This document shows, piece by piece, positions 28,335 to 37,200 of a DNA stretch of 41,074 nt. A program made the translations under genes and the position numbers. The notes beneath the pieces were generated by a model. The model did not search any database, was not told where the DNA came from, and saw nothing but the letters and a program-made list of their open reading frames with translations. This DNA is from a virus (Duplodnaviria; Caudoviricetes), in IMG/VR virus record IMGVR_UViG_3300030376_006036, positions 1-41,074 of that record, one strand, 5' to 3'. Position 1 is the first letter of the stretch. Every line of letters starts with the position of its first letter.

Positions 28335-28861
28335 CTTTCATTCTCCAATTCATTTAGGGTTTCTGTAAATTTATCTATCGCTTCATCCGCCATAGATTTA
28401 ATTTTTTCTTCATCTGTATTCCATTTTTCCTTTTCGAGCTCAGGAAAATTAACACCTACGTTATTATACCATTCTGGTGCTTTCATATTTTTCCATTCTT
28501 TAATTATTTCTATTTGCTCTTTTAAAAATGAAATTTTATTTAATCTTACTTTATTCTTTTCCCAATCATCATACTCACCATTCAATCTAAGTTTATGCTC
28601 AAATTTTATTTGACAATCAAAGCAATGATTATAAATATTCCACATTTTACTATCCAGCCTTTTCTTCATTACCTTATCACACTTAGGACAGAAAAGTGGC
28701 ATTCTAGCATCAGCCATAATTTCTGACATTTTGCTTATTCTATCACCGGTTGGTTCTTCTTTTCCTTTGTAACCAACCATTACTCTTTTTTCAGGTTCTT
28801 TCCCTGACAGTAAATCTGATAAAACTTGGTTTTGTCTTTCGGATTCTCTACTGTATCCCAT
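28331..28861 (-). CDS. Zinc-finger hypothetical protein (176 aa)
   Basis: CPKC...HCFDC; AGGAG at 28872-28868. Confidence 0.75.
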   Translation of the reverse strand: MGYSRESERQNQVLSDLLSGKEPEKRVMVGYKGKEEPTGDRISKMSEIMADARMPLFCPKCDKVMKKRLDSKMWNIYNHCFDCQIKFEHKLRLNGEYDDWEKNKVRLNKISFLKEQIEIIKEWKNMKAPEWYNNVGVNFPELEKEKWNTDEEKIKSMADEAIDKFTETLNELENER

Positions 28862-28870
28862 AACCTACTC

Positions 28871-31800
28871 CTATACGAATTTTAACATTCCCAAAATTTG
28901 ATTAGCTGGTGCAAATGCTCCTGTGTATTTATAAAGCTTTCCTTTATAAACAAATGTAATTCCTTCGGATGGTACTACAGCATTCAAGCCACCTAAAGCT
29001 TTTAATCTATCTAATTGAACTTTTAATGTATTCAATACTTTTGGGTCTTTGGATTTTTTAACTTTATTAATTGTAGATATTAAATCTTTTCTAATTTTCT
29101 GTGCAGCCTCTGATGGATTAGCTGCTATAAAGTCACTCATATTTTTAAGTATCTCAGCACCTAACTCAAAGAATAAAACTTCCCAATCTCTGATATGTTC
29201 TTTTTGTAACTTTGCATGATTCATTTTATCCGTACTCAATACCCAATCTAAAAATTTAGGATAATCTTTTAAGTCTTTTCTAATTTGTGGTATCTTATAT
29301 GATTTATCAAAGAATGCCCATCTCTTAGTTAGTTTCATTAATACTCTATTATCAGGATGTTTATAATCGGTTTGTTTACCACCATTATATATGTATTCCA
29401 TCCAATACGCTTGATGATAGTCAGCTAAAGTATCGGTATCTTTTAACTTATATTCACTTTGTAGTTTTTTCAACTTACCTAAAAAGTAACTCTGTCTTTT
29501 ACTGAAATCTTTTACCTGTGGTAAATTTGCTACAAAAGGTTTTGTAATTGTATAAGTCTTCTGTATATCTTGATTAATTTGTTTTATCATACCGGCTAAG
29601 ACGCGTGCACTTTCTCTATTCTCACCTACAGGTGAACCAAATTCATCATACTCAATTGTTCCATGAAATTGAAGTAATGATTTATCATAAGGTATGACAT
29701 TAGATGTAGCAGGATACATGACCTCTAAAGACATAAATCTCTTACCTTCTCCAAATATCTTATCCTTTTGTTTTTTACTTAGACTTTTTAATGCTTTTGA
29801 TAAATCATTCATCGCAGTAACAAAAGCTTTTTCAATGTCACCTCTACCAGAAAACATATTTTTTATTCCATCAGTATCTAATGCGTTAGCACCAAAATTT
29901 TTGATATGTCCTTTGTTTCTGGCAGCGATAAGTTTATCGTTTTTCCAACTTATCATTATATTTTGTCCATCAGTTTTTTCTGTAACCGGTCCTTCTTTAT
30001 CAAGTTTACCTTGTAACGTATTAATAATTAGTTTCTTAAAATCTGAAAACGTAAGTTTTTTATCATCAAATGGATGATTGAGATGTCCGTACGCACCTCC
30101 CTCTAAAAGTAATTCTTTTTTCCACCATTCTTTTGAAAAAGTTTTTTCTTCTAAAAATTCCATATTATCTAAATCTATAGTATCTAAAAAGCTACTGTCG
30201 ATATCCGCACTCGCACCAGCTGCAAATACACTACCGATAATATTATCCATAGCAGCAGATGTACCCATCCAATCTACAATTTGCCATCCTAAAGGTCCTA
30301 CGACATCATTTAAATGTTTTTTATATTTATTAACGGCTTTAGTTGAGCCACTTTGCTCACCATGATCCATATAAGTAAGAGGAACTGAATTGTAATGTTT
30401 TTGTCCTGGTCTACGTCTTTTATGAATATCATTAGCTTTAGCTACATTTTCTTCCGGCTTAATAATATTATTCCTTACAACATAATCTACAATTTTCCAA
30501 CCTTCCTTTTTATAAATACTTTCCAACCATTCCTTTGATGTTTTTTCGTATGCATTCAGAGTTTGATAATATGTGGAAGGACCGTCATCAAGATTACCCT
30601 TTAAAGAATCACTATACTCAAATAAAAATTCCTTAATTAAATCATCGGATATATTAATATTTTCAAATAGTTTTTTAAATTTATTTGTCATCATATTATA
30701 CACACCTTTATCAAAGTATTTGAATGTGCTTTTAAATGTTCTCTGTCTTTGTTTATCATTATATTTCGGATTACCAAGTAAATCTCTCATCTTTGTACCA
30801 CTAAGATTACCTTGCTGTGGTGCTGTAAGAATGTATCCATGATTATCAAATCCTTCTAACTTATTTTTACTTTTCAAAAAGTCTTGATAGTATGTTTTAC
30901 TACCATCTTTTTTCTTACCGCCTTTTAATCTACCAGCATCCTTCTGACCGAAAGCATATACAACAGCTGTTGTTTCAGGATTAAACTTTTTCAAAAGATT
31001 AATCGCTACATATGGTGTTTTTTCCTGTATGATTCTATTCTTAGGTATACCCATCTTTACCATATGCCTAACCTTCTCTTTAAAATCCATTGGATGTCTT
31101 GGTGGCTGTTTAATGTTAGATGTAGTTATATAAGCTTCATCCACCTTAGATGCTAACCATTTATATGTTGCTAAATGACCAGGATGAAAAGGTTGAAATC
31201 TACCACCGAATACACCGATGGTTTTTTTAATTTCTTTCTGTTCGTTTACTTTTTTGTAACCACTACCATAAGGTACAGAGGTGTTACCTTTTTTCTTCAT
31301 CTTCCTTACCATCTTACGACTTGGTGATGGTAATATACCAGCAGGTGCTCCGAACTCTTCGTTCTTAGCTTTTGTCTTCTTCTTCATCTTATTGATGTAT
31401 GCTCTATAGACAGCAGCTTGAGAAGCCTTACCCATTTCTTTAGCTCTTTGTTCCATAGCAACAGCAGCTTGTATCTTATGTGCGTGAGATTTACCACTTC
31501 CGTTTATTTTACTGACAGATGCTTTAGCATCTTTTACTGTAGCAAACTTCAACCCTTTTATTGTTCCCTTTGGATTTTCATCTGTATATAAGTCTGAATG
31601 ATTTGGTGAATTTCTATGCTGTCCTTTCTTACGAGGTTTTCGTGCAGCTTCCTTTACCATTCTAAACTTTAGTGCTGGTCTACCATTTATTAGTAAGTCT
31701 CCCTTATCATTATAATCAACAGACTTTACTACTACTTTTTTATTTTTGAACTTACCCATCAAAATAGTATCGCCGATTTCTACAGGTAATTTAATACTTT

Positions 31801-32593
31801 CAGCCATTTTTACTTTTTTCATCACAGATGGTAAATCCATCTTTTTAATAGATTGTTGTTTTTTAATCCAATCTTTTGCAATTTTATTTTTAGGTGGTTT
31901 CTTCAAAAATTTATTTAATCCTTGATTAACTAACATTTTAAATTTCTTTTCTGCTTCTTTAGCTGAAAGGAATTTATTATTATCGACTATAAGAAAGTTA
32001 GAACTTCCAAATAAACCTTGAAAAAATGCAAGATTATTTTGTACATCCTGCCAACTCTTTCTCACAATAGTTTCCGGTAACGCACGATCTCTTTGTTCAT
32101 TTCTTTGCATTGCAATATCTAAACTCGTATTTACAAACACCATATATGAATCATAACCCAAATCCATTAATTTTTTTCTTTTTTCTTTAACGGATTTAAA
32201 TTTATGTCCGGTCCCATCTATGATTACACCTAATCTACCCTCTGTGTATAATCTCAATCTTTCCTGACTTAAACTCTTTGCATAAGTTCTCAAACCACTA
32301 TAATTATCATATCCAGGATCTGTTAACTGTTTGAATAAATCTGCGGGCATATTATCTAAATCAACAGTACCGAAATACTTTTTTAGTAGCATCTCAAGTT
32401 CTGTATCTTGGTTTACCATTTTTAAACCTGTTTTCGATACATTTATCTTTTCTGGTATACCAAATAGTTGTTGTGCAACATACGATTTACCACTACCAGG
32501 TCCTCCTGCCAAAAATACAGCTTTAAAGATACCTGGATCTCTAACACCTTCGGTTAAAAATGGTTTGACGAGAAATTCTGTTAGTTTATCCAT
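28871..32593 (-). CDS. Multidomain protein (1240 aa): P-loop kinase, small basic modules, HxGH nucleotidyltransferase and ligase-like domain
   Basis: AVFLAGGPGSGKS with IIDGTG (zeta-toxin/PNK-like kinase); FGGRFQPFHPGH with LSGTKMR (cytidylyltransferase/NMNAT-like); EKTDGQN with EGITF..YK (covalent nucleotidyltransferase motifs I, IV and V). Confidence 0.8.
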   Translation of the reverse strand: MDKLTEFLVKPFLTEGVRDPGIFKAVFLAGGPGSGKSYVAQQLFGIPEKINVSKTGLKMVNQDTELEMLLKKYFGTVDLDNMPADLFKQLTDPGYDNYSGLRTYAKSLSQERLRLYTEGRLGVIIDGTGHKFKSVKEKRKKLMDLGYDSYMVFVNTSLDIAMQRNEQRDRALPETIVRKSWQDVQNNLAFFQGLFGSSNFLIVDNNKFLSAKEAEKKFKMLVNQGLNKFLKKPPKNKIAKDWIKKQQSIKKMDLPSVMKKVKMAESIKLPVEIGDTILMGKFKNKKVVVKSVDYNDKGDLLINGRPALKFRMVKEAARKPRKKGQHRNSPNHSDLYTDENPKGTIKGLKFATVKDAKASVSKINGSGKSHAHKIQAAVAMEQRAKEMGKASQAAVYRAYINKMKKKTKAKNEEFGAPAGILPSPSRKMVRKMKKKGNTSVPYGSGYKKVNEQKEIKKTIGVFGGRFQPFHPGHLATYKWLASKVDEAYITTSNIKQPPRHPMDFKEKVRHMVKMGIPKNRIIQEKTPYVAINLLKKFNPETTAVVYAFGQKDAGRLKGGKKKDGSKTYYQDFLKSKNKLEGFDNHGYILTAPQQGNLSGTKMRDLLGNPKYNDKQRQRTFKSTFKYFDKGVYNMMTNKFKKLFENINISDDLIKEFLFEYSDSLKGNLDDGPSTYYQTLNAYEKTSKEWLESIYKKEGWKIVDYVVRNNIIKPEENVAKANDIHKRRRPGQKHYNSVPLTYMDHGEQSGSTKAVNKYKKHLNDVVGPLGWQIVDWMGTSAAMDNIIGSVFAAGASADIDSSFLDTIDLDNMEFLEEKTFSKEWWKKELLLEGGAYGHLNHPFDDKKLTFSDFKKLIINTLQGKLDKEGPVTEKTDGQNIMISWKNDKLIAARNKGHIKNFGANALDTDGIKNMFSGRGDIEKAFVTAMNDLSKALKSLSKKQKDKIFGEGKRFMSLEVMYPATSNVIPYDKSLLQFHGTIEYDEFGSPVGENRESARVLAGMIKQINQDIQKTYTITKPFVANLPQVKDFSKRQSYFLGKLKKLQSEYKLKDTDTLADYHQAYWMEYIYNGGKQTDYKHPDNRVLMKLTKRWAFFDKSYKIPQIRKDLKDYPKFLDWVLSTDKMNHAKLQKEHIRDWEVLFFELGAEILKNMSDFIAANPSEAAQKIRKDLISTINKVKKSKDPKVLNTLKVQLDRLKALGGLNAVVPSEGITFVYKGKLYKYTGAFAPANQILGMLKFV

Positions 32594-32596
32594 AAT

Positions 32597-32605
32597 AATA
32601 AATAT
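32597..32605 (-). promoter_or_regulatory. Putative late-promoter motif ATATTTATT
   Basis: AATAAATAT on the + strand, 3 nt from the ATG at 32593. Confidence 0.45.
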
Positions 32606-32622
32606 CCCTTAATTTTATTTTA

Positions 32623-34227
32623 TCAAATTATTTCCATATCCACATCTATAGAATCATAATCAACACTATAGTATCCATCGGATTCTAATATTACACTATC
32701 GTTAAATCCTAACTCTAATAAATCTTGTGCCATCACACCTTTATAAGTAGTGTTTAAATCTTCTTTATAGTTAAATAAATATATTGGTATATTCATATCA
32801 CTATATCCAATTCTATCAATATTGGTTTTAAGTCTACTATCAGAACGACCTTTTGGCGGTCCACCAGGTCCAGGAGGTGGAGGAGGTGGAGGAGGTGGAG
32901 CAGATGCTACACAGTTAACAGTCATAGTACGGAAAGCAGAACCCAATTGGAGTATAACGTTTCTGTTAAAACTTCCAGCTGACATACTACTATCTGCTTC
33001 AAACTGAAATATCATAAAAATTGTATCTCCAAAAGCTCCAGCTAGGGTTACACTATTAGTTGTTCCTTGTACATTGTCTGGTGATGGGTTACTTGTCAAA
33101 CTAGCATTCCATCTAAAAACACCATTACCGCTATTACCGGTAACTGTAATTACCGGATCATACTGACCGGTAGTGTTTATTGTATTAAAATTATACTCTG
33201 CCTCTAGTACACTAGTACTTGTTCCCGTTGAGGACAATGGTGGTACAGGAATTAGTTCTGTTATTGTTGGATTGGAAGGAAAGGTAGTAATTGCAGGTAA
33301 GTGACTTATCTGTCCACCATTAAAATTTTGTGTATCACTATATGAACCGGTATCACCACCAGTACCAACTGCTTGTATCCACCAATACTTTGTATCAAAG
33401 TTACTTAAATCATCAAATGTTTGTGATGTACCAGTTACACCAGTAAGAGTAGTGGCCGCATTATTTATATCAGTGCTAGTTCCATACTTTATATTATAGG
33501 ATGAAGCACCACCACCTGGTGCTGCCCAATGAAATCTACCCGTAAGTTCTTCTTCTCCAGCGATACCATTAACACCATTATTATCTTGAAGTACAGACGA
33601 GGATAGTGATGTTGGAATGCTAGGAGCAGTGTATCCTCTTAGAGTATTTGAACTAACACCTGAGTTATTACTATTATCCTTACCAAACATCTCTATTAGT
33701 ATATTTTGATTAGCACTAACAGAAAGAGTAGTTGTAGTAATGGGTGGGGTAATAAAAGTATCGCTACCACCACCAACTGTAAAGTCACTATCTCCTGAAC
33801 CATCTACAGTTTGAAATTTGTTAGGAGCAGTACCAGAAAAACCATTCACATTTAACGTAGTACCACTTGAACCCGCGTGTTGAGAACCATTTACATCTAT
33901 AATTGTTACAAAAGTTTTAGTAGAGTTTGAAGCCTCAGTATAGTAAAATTTTATCGTAGTGGTTGAAGGTGCAACATATCTCAAATTACTTGGAGAACCA
34001 ACACCTACTTTATCATGATCGTAACTATACCATTCCGACATAGCGTGTGGAGTACTTTCATCTGGTCTGTTTGCTTCAGCATTAATTACATTTATTGTAG
34101 CTACAGTACCATCAGAAAGATTTGATAATGATATGTTTGTAGCAGAACCACCATCAGCATAATCATTTTCCGTTACTTCATTTGAGATTGCAAGTAAAGA
34201 TAATGGACCAGTACTAGGAACTGCCAT
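32623..34227 (-). CDS. Fibre-tip/adhesin-like protein (534 aa) with FN3-like domain, polyproline linker and short S74-like C-terminus
   Basis: FHWAAPGGGASSYNIKYG...YWWIQAVGTGG (FN3-like); PPPPPPPPPGPGGPP; SDSRLKTNI...IYLFNYK...YKGVMAQDL...YSVDY. AGGAG at 34239-34235. Confidence 0.75.
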   Translation of the reverse strand: MAVPSTGPLSLLAISNEVTENDYADGGSATNISLSNLSDGTVATINVINAEANRPDESTPHAMSEWYSYDHDKVGVGSPSNLRYVAPSTTTIKFYYTEASNSTKTFVTIIDVNGSQHAGSSGTTLNVNGFSGTAPNKFQTVDGSGDSDFTVGGGSDTFITPPITTTTLSVSANQNILIEMFGKDNSNNSGVSSNTLRGYTAPSIPTSLSSSVLQDNNGVNGIAGEEELTGRFHWAAPGGGASSYNIKYGTSTDINNAATTLTGVTGTSQTFDDLSNFDTKYWWIQAVGTGGDTGSYSDTQNFNGGQISHLPAITTFPSNPTITELIPVPPLSSTGTSTSVLEAEYNFNTINTTGQYDPVITVTGNSGNGVFRWNASLTSNPSPDNVQGTTNSVTLAGAFGDTIFMIFQFEADSSMSAGSFNRNVILQLGSAFRTMTVNCVASAPPPPPPPPPGPGGPPKGRSDSRLKTNIDRIGYSDMNIPIYLFNYKEDLNTTYKGVMAQDLLELGFNDSVILESDGYYSVDYDSIDVDMEII

Positions 34228-37200
34228 TTTTCAACTCCTTTACTTCAGACTTTAAATCTTCTATTTGCTTTTGTTGTTCTTTCATACCCTCAATTAGTAA
34301 ACCAACCATCTTTTCATACCTTACTCCTTTGTAACCATCTTCTCTATCTTTTACAACTTCAGGCATTACCTTTTCTATATCTTGTGCAATTACACCAACA
34401 TCATGTCCTTCATACTCATGTATATCTTCATTTCCTTCTTTCCAATCAAACTCCACACCTCTGATTTGCTTAACCTTTTCAATTGGATTTTTAATTAATT
34501 CTATATTTTCTTTCAACCTTTTATCGGAAGAGTGAAATGCTGTAACATCACCGGTAGCAGTTAGAGCACCAAAAACATCTACACCAGCAGTATCTACTTG
34601 AAATCTTTTTGTACCACTTACAGCTATTTGAATTTTGTAGGCTGCATCTGAAAATATTCCAGTATCATCTCTTCCATTGCCATGAATTACAGATCCTTGA
34701 CTACTTATCCCACCATTAAAAATAATAGCAGGAGTTGATTCATTATTGTACTGACTACCACCTACACTAATTCTAGATGGAGTAATCATACCATAATCTG
34801 CCTGTGAACTATGTCCTCTTGATGATGATAAGAAAGCACCTGCAATTGTCATTGCATTAGTACTATTATCACCCAAACCTTCACCTATTATACCATATAT
34901 CTGGTCACCTTCATCTAAAGCACTAGTGCTACCTTGTGTTACTGCTGAAAATTTTGCTGTTGAAGTTTTACCAAAGTTTCTTTTGTTATGAACCAATATA
35001 TTATTTGCAAAGTAGTTTTCGTTTTTAACTACATGAAAGTTGTAAGTGTGTATTTCATCTGTTACTTTAGTTACGGACTTAATTTTAGTCTCAATACCTT
35101 CGGATGTTAAACCTATATCTCCAACTGAAAGCTGTTCTACTTCTAGTTTATACTTCTTATATGTTTCTATAGGATCGTAAGAAGCATAACCTTTTCCAAC
35201 TACCCAATAAGGATTTGTGAATGTGTTATGATTTATTATTCCATTTTCAAATTCAATTATAATGGTATAATCATCATCTTCTCCAGTGTGAATAGTATCG
35301 TAAGCATATGCCACTTCTTCAGATATAATTTGATTTGAAACAACGTCATAAGTTTTTACTAAATCACCCACAACTATATCTTCAATGTTTTTAGTTGAGC
35401 CATTAGCCATTAGTATTTGTGTTCCAGCGATAAAACAATCAGATTCGACAGGTCGATCAAATGCACTTGATAAAGTTACACCTGCTATAGAACTTAAAGT
35501 TGAATTAGAACTATCGGCACCAGTTCCAAGATTAAAGTCTGTTGTAATCTCAACAAAAGCGTTACTAGCAGTTATAGAGGCAAAACTAGACCCTCCTAGC
35601 ATATCAAAAGCAGCTTCATTTGCAGCTGCTGGAACTGAGTTTCTTGCGATAACCATACCAGGTGTAGTACCACCGGTTTGATGTAGTACAAATCTGGAAT
35701 TAGTACCAGCAATCATTTCTATACCACTACCAGTTATAGAAGTTGCAGTAAGACCAAATCCACCAATAGCACCAGCACCTGCAGTCACAGTACCTGTCAT
35801 ACTGACATCACCATTTGCAGCAATTGTTACGTTTTGAGTATTTGATGTACCAAGTGTTATTGCACCTGATGATATTCTAAGAGCACTTTTATCTGTTGCA
35901 CTATTTCCAATTATTATACTTGAACCAAAATCTGATACAACAACTCCACCTTGCACAACACTAAAACTATCGGCATCCATTTGTACATAATCATCGGAAG
36001 CACCACCGTAAACTTTTACACCATTTGAATCTATGTTTACATATTCATTGTTACTTGTATTACCAATGGTGGTTGTAGCACCAAAAGCAGCTTGTGTCAC
36101 ACCAGCTGCAACAACATCGACACCATCTGATTTTACATCCACATAATCATCTACAGCAGCACCATATATTCTAGCACCAGCTCCATGTAAACTTATGTTA
36201 CCTATCACAGCACTTGGAGTATTTGCTGACGAAGGACCTGTAGCACCCTTTCCAATATTTATACCATCGCTTGTTATGTGTAATGTTCTTACACTAAAGT
36301 CTGAACCACCATAGAGAGAAATTTCATCTGTAAATTTAGCCGACCTATTACTAGCATGACCTGAATGGATATAGAAACCATCAGATGCTATCTTAACAAA
36401 ATCTGTATTATTATCAAATACAAAAATACCAGTACTTGGATCTATTCGAATAACATCATCGGTAGTACTTACCGATACATCAGCACCTGTAGTACCACCA
36501 AGTGCAATTTTACCCGTATTATCTATAGCCACTCTTTTGTAAGCTGTACCAGATATCTTACCTGAGTACATCGATATCGCAGTAGAGGAAATTTCAGTTC
36601 TAGCATCTGCTGCTAAACCAATTCTTGTTGTAGTGCCATATGATGCGAGACTTGTACCAGCACCTGTGTTCAATGACATTCCATCTGATGTCAGCGATAC
36701 CTGAGTAGACATATTTCCTGATGCTTCTGTTAAACCTGCGACATCTGATGCAACAGAACCACTCAATGTACTTACATCTGAAGGTGTAGCAAATCCCGTA
36801 CCGCTTGTTATGGTTATCTGACCTGAAACTGATAGGGAATTACCATCCCATACTAATTTATCACCAAGTGAAAATCTTCCACCACTATCCATAAAGAATG
36901 GTGTATTACCATCACCATGTGTGCCTGTACCACTAAACATTGAACCGGTAGCTAATGTAGTACCACCTATCTTACCACCTTTAAGTAATACAGTAGAACC
37001 TGTAATCTGTCCATTGCTTCTTAGTATAAGATTACTATTTGAACTACTGACGGTAGTAGCACTTATTCCAAATCCACCTATTGCACCAGCAGTAGCTGTA
37101 ACAGTACCAGTTAGTGTTGCACTGGTTGCAGTCATATTACCGCTTGCATCTAATGAGAAATTACCGGCATTAACTGTAAAATGATTTCCATCAAATTTTA

